A stretch of DNA of 63,982 bases, counting the filler, from Dimargaris cristalligena (lineage: Eukaryota), in NCBI GenBank assembly GCA_003614675.1. It is 6 parts of 6 records of this genome, joined end to end, with 100 filler letters (N's around TTAATTAATTAA, not from the genome) between each part and the next. Parts side by side here need not be neighbours in the genome. Positions count along the whole stretch, not along the records: positions 44,129 to 55,015 come from ML003139.1; positions 55,116 to 63,982 come from ML003301.1; 4 more parts are not named here. One strand, 5' to 3'. Numbering within the stretch: position 1 is the stretch's first letter; the number at the start of each line of letters is the position of its first letter. A model generated the notes under the pieces. The model was not told the origin of the DNA. It ran no database searches and was given only the letters and a program-made list of their open reading frames with translations. A program made the position numbers and the translations under genes. Positions 53,300 through 63,982 of the stretch are shown in pieces.

Positions 53300-55015
53300 G
53301 GTGGTACTGAAGGAAAACAACGAGGGCCTTGGGTGGGAAGGGTCCATACAACTTTCCAGTCGGGGAAAAGAGGCGCTCGCTGGACAGGCAGAATGCTTTA
53401 TAGTGTGTGAAAAGGCCGAGAGGTGAGGCTGGCCTTCTTGTAAACTAGACAGATTGTGGTAGTGGAAGAATTGACCGAGGCGGTAAGGAGACGGGTAAAA
53501 TAAATAGGCTTGATAATATAGAGAAGTTGAGGGGATATACACGCTAAAGTGCTGTTACGGCACTCCGAGTTAGGTTGTCAGAAGAGGAGGTGTGAGAGAG
53601 GAAGGCTGAAAGAAAACTAGAGAAGTGAAGGGAGAACCGGGGCAAAATAGCTAGGGACCAACAAGAGCAAAGAGAGAAAGACAATGAGTCGACATTAGAA
53701 GAAAGAGAGAGGGAAAAGGAAAGTAGTGCGGCTGTAACAATAGCAAAGTGACACTTGGCTCGGTGGGGGAGTGAATAAGAAGTAGGAAAGGTATTTCACT
53801 CGGTAAGGGGCACGGGATTAAATAACAACCACAGAAGCAGCCACACAGAACAGGATAGATAGGTGGTCTAAATAAAAGATACAATAGAGAAGACGGCTAG
53901 GGGGGAAAGGAAGGGGGGGCTTATATATATATATATATATATATATACGCAGAAGTAATGGAGGGTATATATGCGCATTTACTCTGTCATCAAATAAAAT
54001 ATTGTGGCAGCGGAATATAGAAGGAGGGGTCTTTCTCACACTACCCACCACGGCAGCAGGGATATTATTAGTAGTATTAGGGTGGTGTAGTAAGTAGTAG
54101 TATAATAAATAATACCCCAGACACACCCCACCTACTCTATACCTCTCTTTCAAGTATAAAATAGTACCAGCAAACCTTGGCCTCAACGTCCCGTATGACC
54201 GGCTACCATTCCGGGACAGCAGACGCAAAAATGGCCCAGTGACGACCCTGCGAATCCACCCTCCCCAGCCAATCGCCGATGACCTCCGCTACCATTGGTG
54301 TACTGCTCCAGCAAAACCCCCCGCGCGTCTGGGCAGCAACGGTGGGGAAAAAAGACTTCGAGCCTATTTGGTCCATTCTTGCTTAATTATTGGGTGCCTT
54401 CTTCTTGGCTGCGACATTGTGGATTATTGCTCCTCTACTCCATGACGGAAGCCAAAACTGCTCCATCCAGAGTCCTTCTCTAAATGTGTGGCACCTTCCG
54501 CCACTGCCAGACCCAACCTGCGTCCCCCTTTGGCCCAAACTGAAATGCCACTAGTGATTTTTGGATTATTAGAGGGGAGGGGCGACTTTACAAGCTATAA
54601 GCAAACAAGAGGAGGGAAGAGAAGCGAAGAGGGATATAGGTACCCCCCTTCTCCCCTTATGGATTCATGAGCTCTCTAAATAAATCATGGCAAGGACCCC
54701 GAACTTGCCCTTTCTGACAGCAGGCTCCTAAATACGGACTCAGCCTGGTTGCACCGGCAATACTTCCAATACTCCACCATTCCCCCGTCTTTGCCTGGGG
54801 CTTCCTCTCCTGCCCTCGTGCAGCCCAGAAACTAACCATACATTACAGTTTATAGTTACCGGGACTTATACCGACATTGAACCTCCGCGACCGGTTCGGC
54901 CTTGAGAACCCCTTACCTCCCTTCCCACTTGCATTAGAATGACACTGAGTAATCAACCCCGCTGTACCCCCCCCCCCGGTCTCTCTTTATGTGGGCGCGC
55001 ATCCCCATAAATACT

Positions 55016-55115
55016 NNNNNNNNNNNNNNNNNNNNNNNNNNNNNNNNNNNNNNNNNNNNTTAATTAATTAANNNNNNNNNNNNNNNNNNNNNNNNNNNNN
55101 NNNNNNNNNNNNNNN
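55016..55115. other. Artificial contig spacer
   Basis: N-TTAATTAATTAA-N. Confidence 0.98.
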
Positions 55116-55666
55116 ATTTTCCCCTCGCTTCTCCCCCTCTCTCTTTCTCTCTATCTCTCTCCCTCTCTCTTTCTTTTTCCTAATTTCCCTTGCTTGCGTA
55201 CCCATGCTCACGCATAACCAATTAGCAACCCGGACATCGCTTCATTTAGCCGTTCAATGGCCAAGGGAGAGAGACGTACTCTATAATTCTACCAATCTAG
55301 TTTATCGCTCCGTAACCATCTTTAACACCCCTCCCTTTTGATTAACAAACTGCATGGTGTTTCTATAGCTTTCTTGTCCAAATATGAAATAAGTGTATAC
55401 TTATGCTGGACTTGAATGAATTGAACGTGCATTATAAATCTCAATGGCCATTTATTACAATAGTCGACTCAGGGTTCATTATAGTGTCTATTATGGGGCC
55501 GCTGATGCCCGATAGAGTAAGCTTGGATGGCATGGTCGACTGGTGTTGTCGTTTAGTAGCGACTTACGCCATTTACTACCTGCCTTCCAATAATATTGCC
55601 TTTCTCATCACCAAACGGGCGGATTGTTTGACGGCTTAATTGAATCACCTTCATATTATAACATGT

Positions 55667-55802
55667 GGGTGACATTCGACCCAGCTGCATAAGGTTATAT
55701 ATGGTATGTGCATAGGATAATGGGCGGGAAATTCATGTTTAACATGTAGGATTTGCTTTACACAACGGACTGTTCGTTAATCAGCCCGGCTGAATATTTC
55801 CC
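55667..55802 (-). mobile_element. MITE copy 7, degenerate
   Basis: GGGTGACATTCGACCCAGCTGCATAAG...TTCGTTAATCAGCCCGGCTGAATATTTCCC; same length as other copies; flanks eroded (ATGT on the left). Confidence 0.75.
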
Positions 55803-56867
55803 CTACGAATAAATAGAGAAATGATTGTACACGATAAAATCGATCAAAACATGAACTTGCCCCCATTCCGTACTATGCAACAATACAATTCTTCACGTCG
55901 CCCGATATCTATACTAGTAACGAAGCATGTTACCCCCGGTGATTATCGAAAGATCATAAATGGAAAACTCAAATAACGACTGGTGATGGACTGACCATGT
56001 TAATCGCGTGTATAGGTTGTACAAATGAATTGAAGAAAAAAAAACTTCGTGATCACCAAGGGTAATCCAGTTTGGCTATCCTAGTGATAGTCGGATAGTC
56101 AAGATAATCCGCTAATATTTCCGGTTCTCGTGCGCCTTTCCCCTTTACCTCTTCTCTCGTATCGGCATCATTCCTAGTACCCCCCCCCCCCCACCTTTTC
56201 CCACTAGCTAATACAGTCCCTCTATTATATAGTTCCGGGTGGCCTCTATCCGGTTGGACGACACTAAACCCCCTTTAGTTCGTTGATCGTAGGTGAGCAT
56301 ACGGGGGGGCCTTGCATGGGATAGTGTCCATCGAACCTGATTTGTATGTCACGTGATGGGATGAGTGGGGTAATCATACATATCCTCAATTTTCCAACTG
56401 GTATTGGCCCCAAGGCAAGATCCGAAAATCCTGCGAAATGTTCGTCAAATCCAGTCCTGGAAGATTTTGGTAATTAATTTATCCGTTCGTAAAAGAACGT
56501 CGCGTGCACAGATTCCTCCCCCCAGTTCATTGTGCGAGATATTCGAGGAAGGAAAGTCGGCCTGGATCCTTGAATTGTTAGAGAGTATCGGGTGTATTTA
56601 AGCGAGACTCCCGCCCCCCAAAAATTACAAACTGTACATCTTCTACCTATATCCCCCTCACCTTCTCGCACCATTTTTCTTATTCACCCGGCTGGCCTTC
56701 ATCGTCATCACCATCATTATTTTCGGCGTTCGTTCTATCTTTAGTCACCTGCCTGAGACTTCTTTTCTAAAACGGGGTTAAACACCAGCTCGATAATTAA
56801 GGGATACCTTAAGTCCCCAACTCCGCCTTGACCCATTCTCCTAAACACGCCCTATTTCGTCGTAATC

Positions 56868-57044
56868 ATGAAGGCTGTCGCAATCTTGCTCGCCGCTTTA
56901 CTCCACGGTGGTCTCGCTGGTCCTTTGGAACGCCGCCATCCCCAGCCCATTATCAATGGAAACGCACTTGCGTTAATTAATTACCAGCAATCGTTGGCAG
57001 GAAGTTGGACCATGCTCTTCATTACTCCCGATGGGCACCTCTGA
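56868..57044 (+). CDS. Putative small secreted prepropeptide (58 aa; below the ORF-track cutoff)
   Basis: MKAVAILLAALLHGGLA|GPLERR|HPQPIINGNALALINYQQSLAGSWTMLFITPDGHL*. Confidence 0.55.
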   Translation: MKAVAILLAALLHGGLAGPLERRHPQPIINGNALALINYQQSLAGSWTMLFITPDGHL

Positions 57045-58674
57045 GCACGCCGGATATTTATTAATTAATGTCAACCTTCCCAGTTTTTGGCCAATCCTTT
57101 CCTTTTCCTGGTAGTTAGATTGAATCTATTTTTGTTTTTGGTGTAGACCATTTTCTACTATCTTTCATTGTTCGTTTTTTTATACATAGGAATAAAATGG
57201 CGTATACTTTTATATTGAAAATTGTTACAATTCGGTTATGGAATGGTGCGGATATTGAGTAGATCCGGGTTTCATGAGTTGATAAAATATTATACTTACC
57301 ACACACCCATTTTATATTACTCAAGACCTTCTGTATATATGTCGTGAATTTATATTAAATGAACTACTATTTCTTACGAGATTGATTGAGTGCATGCAGG
57401 AATGCCTCTCCTCCCCCATCCCCACCCGCCTATATTTGACACCCAATCGACCTTACAATACTGTTTGCCAGCAAAAACCTCCAAAGACCATTGGTTGTTA
57501 AAGCGCACCCCCCCCCCTCCCTACCATCCCCCTCAGTAGCCAGAGCGCTTGGCGACTAAGTGCTTCGCTCAGGTAATACGAGTCACCGCGAAAGTCTGGC
57601 TATCTAGCGAATATTTCATGCATCCCTATGAGACTTACTCCGGCCATCGACGAACCCATTTATCGGAGTTCATTTTATTGATACGGATGCATAGGGAGGA
57701 CACCTTCTACGCGTGGCTCGAGCTTATTCGTGTAGACACCATTTTAAGTGGTACATTGTCCTTTCGGTTATACAGCCCCGCTTTCTCGAAAGTAAGCCAC
57801 GCGTAATAATAAAGCGGGCCCCATTAGCTTGGAATGGGGTACGGTGGTATGGGTGATAAGCCTGAAGGGAGGTACGACCAGTTGGTTGACCACAGTGACT
57901 GCACAAGGCAGCCCAACAGCCCCATTGGCCCATGGAAGCAAGGGTAGCATGGAACAACCAAGCTATTTATCTTTGCCGCTTTTTTAATCGGCCAGGTGGG
58001 ACTTGCCAATAACCAAAAGGCCACCGATAGAAATGACACACCCTTTGTTTACCTACTCTACCAATCTTTACACCTGCCTAACTGGGGAGACCCCCCTGCG
58101 AGCGTACCACCTTCACTGCAAAGTTACCCGACCCATTTGGCCACCCATTTAACCAATAATATCGCCAACTAGTTTCGGACAATGGGAGCATGAAAGACCT
58201 ACTAGGCCTTGGGAACTTTGGTCCAATTGTTTACAGCCTAGTAGACCCACTGTAGTCGTAGCTTTCGAAGTATCCGGTAGCGTGGTCGGCGTTTAGAAAT
58301 AAAACAGAGGGTAAAATTAAGGCCGCTTATATATATAGAGGCGCAGACGTGGGAAATCCAAGGGTGTGGATTTTGCCAGGCTGCATAATTATCCTCATCG
58401 AGAGGCCCTTTTCCTTCAACGGCTTCCTAATTTCCGACGGTAATTATATATCGTTTATAGCGTTAAGGGCTGCGCCCCCTATTCTCTCTACGGACTTGAT
58501 ATAGCTCATAAACGGTTCACTTTATCCGGGCAGCCTACCCCCACTCTTCTTTTATCAAATATTTTGGCGTCTGCAATATACACTCGGTGCTGCTCGCATA
58601 GACTCGCCCACTTTAGCTGCGCTGTACCTCTCTGTATCCCAGTAATTACCAAAGCTAGGATATTATCCGGCCAT

Positions 58675-59816
58675 ATGACTACTACGATTATTTTAGCTTG
58701 GCTTTTGTTATCATCCACTACCGGATTGGACGGGTACCCTTTCCCCATCCCCCAAGGATACCCAGCAGAGCCACCGTGGCCCTCGTTTCTAATCCCAACA
58801 CATACTCCAGCACTCCTTCCTCTTGGCAAGTTTGTTATAAGCTCGACGAGCCGCCTATTTACGGGGAGTCTAACGGGCCGCCAATTTATGGGAACCCCAA
58901 TGAGCTGACTCTTAACGTGAGACCCAGCGCGCGCCCTATTGATGAGAAGCCCACCGAGCTATATGTATATGATAGGCCCAATTAGTCGTTTTTGCACGGG
59001 TGGCCCAACGAGCCAGCGCTTTATGGGAACTCCAATGTGCCGCCTGTTTACGTGAGACCAAGCGCACGGCCTATTTACGGACAATCCGACCAGCAGTCGC
59101 TCTATGATAGACCCAACGCACCCTCCATACCGGAAATGTATTACCCGTCGGCAATAATTGGTGCGCCATCGGTACCACATAGGACGGATACCACGTTAAA
59201 TCCGGGGCCATTCGACTCAGCCACTCCCCCCAACCCAAACTCCCAAGCCGATGTCGACGCCGATAATGACGAATGGGACCATAGTTCGTACCAGGATATG
59301 TCAATTTCCCCAGAGACCATGCAGCTCAAAGGGGTCTGCGAAGGCCTAATGGGTGATAATCAATACATAGCCTTGACTAAGGGGAGGCCAATTGGGTCGA
59401 GGCTACACCACGCGTCAATGAGCCCGATCCACATGCTGGCGGCCTATGCGACCCACTTCCAGTCCCGGATTAGCCAACGTATGAAGCCTAACAAGGTCAA
59501 CCAGCGGGACCGCCAGATAATGGAGGCCTACGTACAACACCGGTCTGACCCCAGTATCATCATGCCAAAATTTATGGTGAGTTTGCGTATGTATAATTGT
59601 GTAGTTCTAACGCGCAATAAGTAACCGCAGCGTATCGAGCTGAAGCCCGCCACTGAAAGCATCTTTTTGGGGGAACACAACAAAGTGACTAGTGAGGTGG
59701 CGGGGTCTATGATTAAATTCCGGTACAAAACCTTAAGTGATCGTTCCATGTATGAACTCCTAGATGTTGGAAATATAGATTTGATGGTAAACGCAAGTGC
59801 CTTCAGATACAACTAA
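58675..59816 (+). pseudogene. Secreted protein with 9-aa tandem repeats; frameshift and premature TAG; intron 59577-59630
   Basis: Signal peptide MTTTIILAWLLLSSTTG; frame change near 58787; TAG at 58983-58985 inside the array; GTGAGT...GCAG intron leads to a final exon RIELK...FRYN*. Confidence 0.6.
58848..59117 (+). repeat. Coding minisatellite, 10 x 27 bp
   Basis: EPPIYGESN GPPIYGNPN ELTLNVRPS ARPIDEKPT ELYVYDRPN *SFLHGWPN EPALYGNSN VPPVYVRPS ARPIYGQSD QQSLYDRPN. Confidence 0.85.
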
Positions 59817-61137
59817 AAAGATAGAAAGAAGATAGAAAGAACCGCAAGAGGCAAGGCTAGATGCCCACGGTTGGTTTTATTATATTGGAAATAGCAGTAA
59901 TGATATAAACATTGTTCCGAGTATAGGGTGATGTAATCATAGATAGAGAGTAGTCCCGGGTATTAGGACGGACCAATCAGAGTAAAGGATTCAGAGGGGC
60001 GGGAGAAATGAATTTCCAACACTGGAAGCCAGCAACCGTGAATTAGACCCTTGGTAGGATCCCGCGCGGCTATATAGCTTACTGGCAGATTTGGCTATTT
60101 ATTTTTACACTTTACATATAAATTTATATATTTGAAGAGCATTGATGGTGGAGGTTGAGGAACCCCTAAGCCCGGTAGCTCTTTTAAAACATCATATATT
60201 AATAAAATCAGTTCAAGCCCATTAAATATGTACATTACTTTAGAACTGTATCTGCATCTGTAGTGCCATGGCCTGGGTGGCTGGGAGGATTTGGATGGTG
60301 TGCTCGAACCAACGCACCAATTCAATGGCAATGGTGGCTGAAAAGTAGGGTATGCTAATGATGGAGCTGTTTCTTTCAAAAAGACCGAAGGTTGCCAGAA
60401 AGAATGGAATATGATTACCCTAAAGTAATATATTCGAAAACAATTTACATATGCATTCATTAGAATGCTTTGGTGTGAAGAGCCATAATGAACAATATGA
60501 TAAGAAACGAACTTAGGATCTTGCTCGAAGTCAGACTCGGGGCTATGCTACCCGGTTGGGGGACAAAATCAGTGGGTTTAAAAATTTCAGACAGCGAAAT
60601 TAGTGGCAACATTGTCGGAAATGTCCACATGGTAACCAGCAAAGCCCTTCCCCGTTGATAGCATCTTCTGTCAAACTGGCTCTTGTTTCTTGGTGGTTTT
60701 TTGTTCGACCAGCAGTTTCGGAGAGGACCACTGAATGTTTCGTTGGGATTGATGGCAACACCTCTGTTGTTACACTGTGAATGCATTTGGAAATAGCTAT
60801 ACTTGATAGAATCAATAAAAACATAGGATTTCCCCAATGCTGCACTATGGAGCAACACACAGGTATATCGAAAATTCTGGTACCATTTGACTAGTATTGT
60901 TTTTATGAAGATGTGGAAGGAGGGCTCCTATAAAATAAAAATATACTTGTAAAAAAATTCATAAACTTGGCATGATGTTGAAACATCTCCCAAACTACAG
61001 AGGCTATTGACCCATCTGCAAGCAGTTAACTGGTGGCTAATACAGCATCACCAAATAAGGGGGATTTCCCTTAGAAATGTCGGTTATTATATTTCTTAAG
61101 GTATAAAATTTAAAAAGCATCCACCAATAATATATAA

Positions 61138-61240
61138 GTCAATATGGCCGAGTGGTTAAGGCGTCAGACTCGAACCTCAATCCAATGAGCGTGCAATCTG
61201 ATGGGGTTCCCCCGCGCAGGTTCAAATCCTGCTGTTGACG
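61138..61240 (+). tRNA. tRNA-Ser(CGA) with a 21-nt intron (61175-61195)
   Basis: Acceptor stem GTCAATA/TGTTGAC, D-arm TGGCCGAGTGGTTAAGGC, anticodon stem TCAGA/TCTGA with CGA at 61171-61173, long variable arm, GGTTCAAATCC, discriminator G, downstream T-run terminator. Confidence 0.95.
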
Positions 61241-61540
61241 ACTTACTTTTTAATTTTGTCTTTTGGACGATCATTTTTTTATGCTTTCCACTGGAAACAA
61301 AATATCCCACCACCCATGGCGTAGTCTTCAAAATTCAGTTTTACTCCGCAGTAGATCAAAGTAAACCAAAGACCTCTGTTTTATGTCGATTCCGCTTTAC
61401 TGCTAAGCCACCCTCCATATTTTCAATCTGGACTTTACCTTATTTTATGAACCTAGTCAACGTATTACAGTCTTATTCCTCTTTTTTTTTTTCAATTCAT
61501 TAAACACCTTGGGCAATATACCATTTGAGAGTAGTAGCTC

Positions 61541-63982
61541 ATGGGTTCGTTTAGCCAATTGTCAAGCGGTGAACTGCCGAACCCAAATGACTCCGAAGAC
61601 TGGCGCAGCTTTTGGCTGAAATGGGACTCCGAACAGGTAAAGTATATTGAAGGCACCAATTGTTGGCTTCCCCTTCCCGCTCCGACCTACCCTAGATAAC
61701 CTCCTTCGCTAGCGGCTTGCGTGTGTTTTTTTTGTTTATTCGGACTTCAGGGTCACTTGGCCATATTAATTTTATGATATACCTTTGCTTCCAACTAACC
61801 AGTCTACTTATTCTCTCATTGCGGTATTATTTTCCCCGCCCAGCTCGTCGGTGCTATTAAGGAGCGACTTCAGAATGAGCCAGATAAAGAGAAGGACGTT
61901 CCCTTTTTCAAAAGTCTTCTGCAAGGCTCCCGCTTAGTTCACCTGGAGGAGCCCTATCACCTGGCTACCACTGAATTATTTCACACGCTGCTACTACAAG
62001 AGACCGAGCACCGGACCCAGGAAACGTACTTCAGGGAGATATCCGATATTCTCTTGACCGAACTGCGGTACATGATTCCCCGTACTCTCCTGGCCCTGGC
62101 CCGCGACTTCCTGGAACAGCTCCAGCGGTTTGTGCCCTTGAATACGGCAGCCCTAGAGGTAGTTCCTCCATTGATCCAGACGCTGGCGGGCCTCGATATA
62201 CTGAGCACGGGCGATGATAGCGAGTGGGCTGATTGTGTGACCGGTACGGATGCTAAAGATCATATGCTGGACCGGATTTGCAAGCTCTCGTGGTACCCCG
62301 GCTTGACCCTGCCGCTGGTGTCGGCATTCAAGGACATTACATTCACGACTGCCCAGTCGGATTTCTTTCTAAGCAAAGTCTTCAAGTAAGTGGTCTATAT
62401 TTAGTTGTGGCAATGCGTATAACTTAGTGACTGCAAAGGCATCGGGATGGTTTAGAAATACAATATTCTAAACTTTAGCCGAGGTCTGATTTGGGTACCT
62501 ATCTATTCATCTGACATTCGATTATATACACCGAATACTGTTTATATTTTACCATGATAGAGTCCTTCGGGCTGTGGATCCAGATGAAATTCCGCCGCTG
62601 GTTTATCAGATTTTATTGCTGATCAAGGTAGGCCACCCGCGACTTCAATATTTGCGCTTGTTGTAGTGCGATGGCATTACTCCTCGACATCGCGCGATAA
62701 TATGGAGCATCTGCCTAACCTGCTATTACATCTTTGATTTTTTTTCGCATCACTTAGGGCAATCGCCGCCGTGGCATCCAGGAACTTGTGGCTTTCTTTG
62801 ACGAATTAGAAAATCAGTCCCTTGGAACCCAACCTCCTCCAGAGTAAGCTATACCACCACTAACCTGCTCTTAATATCAAAGAAAGAAAACACCATATTC
62901 CAAGAACGGGAAATTAAAACCATATGTTATACAATGGGAACTACGACTAATATTCTGATATATAGTATACCCTGTAATTTTGGGTATAAATCCTTGTGCT
63001 ATACTTAAAATAGTGATGCTACACCACGCCCAATCCAGACCCTATCTTCCGAGAAGCTTTGCCGAACCGAAAGTATTGTGCTTCTCCACATTAGTTTTGC
63101 GGTCAAACAAGACCAGGAACTTGGGCAAGAAGTTCTCAAATTAACTAAAATCACCGAAACCCCGCGGTTAGGCCCCTTTCTTCTATCGGTTCTCCTGGCC
63201 ATTGCCAAGATTCATCGTTTTGAGACCGCGGTACTGGATCTTGTCAAGGGCAAAATCTGCACCTTTTACCGCAATTCGCAGAAGAGCCAACTGGTGCTGA
63301 GTGGAAGAGGCAACGGTCGTACCCCAGTAGCCGATAACACATTAACCGATACCTTCCACCGATTGGCCTGTAACGCAAATGTAGGATGGGACCAGACGAT
63401 CCCCAGTTTGATCCAACTGGCCCTGGTCCTGTTGGACGTTGCTAGTGGCGGGAGCCAGGGTACCTCGAGCTTCTTTGCTAAACCTAAAGAACGCCCTATT
63501 CGCTCCACCATTATCCAGGCCGTTATAGACAGCCAACAGCGCTTAGTGGATAAAGAGACATCGTCGGACAACGTGGGTCAAGACCCAATCGGACAACTAG
63601 GCATCAGTACCCTTCAGTTAATTTTCCAGCACCACCGGATGGTGCGCACTGATGTGTTGGATCAAGTCATAGCTCGGATTGAGTTTCGGGCCGAGAGTAG
63701 CCCCTCCTGCATCGAACTATTAGGCCGTCTAGTGGCCGAGTTCCCCGAGACTTTGGCTACGGAATACCTGACCAAAATCAAGGAGTTGTTTAATGGACTT
63801 GTATACCTACCCCCCGACGTGGCCGAACAGGTCATGTTGGTGGTTCTGCCGCTCACCCACTATGACCAGGGATTCTGTGACCACCTCATGCTCGTGCTGC
63901 GCAAACACATGTTCAGTCGGGACCTGGAGGGTCGCCAGGTGGCGCTGGTGGGACTGCTGGTGTTCTTGACCACCTTGACGTG
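61541..63982 (+). CDS. FANCI: Fanconi anemia group I protein homologue (5' part); exons 61541-61636, 61844-62385, 62561-62627, 62758-62843, 63014-end
   Basis: Spliced motifs AFKDI, EIPPLVYQILLL, ESIVLLHISFAVKQDQELGQE, PFLLSVLLAIAKIHRFE, GWDQTIPSLIQL, LRKHMFSRDLEGRQVALVG match FANCI solenoid segments. Confidence 0.88.

Noticed and set aside
36765-53947. (TA)n and (TC)n microsatellites near 36770, 37813, 41768, 49699 and 53923
   Set aside because: Ordinary intergenic or intronic simple repeats.
10955-55115. Regularly spaced TTAATTAATTAA palindromes about 11 kb apart; apparent NRPS + ABC + GST + TF 'cluster'
   Set aside because: These are concatenation linkers. Contig lengths fall monotonically (10947, 10930, 10897, 10887), so the contigs are size-sorted and unlinked; no gene cluster can be inferred.
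6994-58985. TAG reassigned to a sense codon (three in-frame TAGs in two genes)
   Set aside because: MED8 and the ABC gene end at TAG, both affected genes carry other lesions, and the only tRNA here is an ordinary Ser(CGA), not a suppressor.
58848-59117. CRISPR-like periodic array
   Set aside because: Contiguous codon-phased 27-bp units with no unique spacers, in a eukaryotic gene context.

Overview
Eukaryotic (fungal) genomic DNA with spliceosomal introns. It is not one locus: six unlinked contigs of about 11 kb are joined by artificial 100-nt N-TTAATTAATTAA-N spacers. Gene content (intronless NRPSs with epimerisation domains, FANCI, CNOT11, a mitochondrial-type Trm61) points to an early-diverging fungus; Dimargaritales (Zoopagomycota) is my inference, not a database result. 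Contig 1 is a disrupted multimodular NRPS with three in-frame stops, a probable frameshift and a MITE insertion. Other contigs carry MED8, PNS1, a second frameshifted NRPS end, SPC1, an ABCB half-transporter, TRM61-like, PP1, GST, CNOT11, a bHLH factor, tRNA-Ser(CGA), FANCI and several small secreted-peptide ORFs. The most notable unannotated signals are: (1) a 136-bp GGG...CCC MITE family (7 copies, one nested in another) with an ATAT target duplication, whose TIRs supply GT/AG sites that could restore the reading frame; (2) a 1.4-kb block with no CpG at all; (3) a broken secreted protein gene with a 10x27-bp repeat array.
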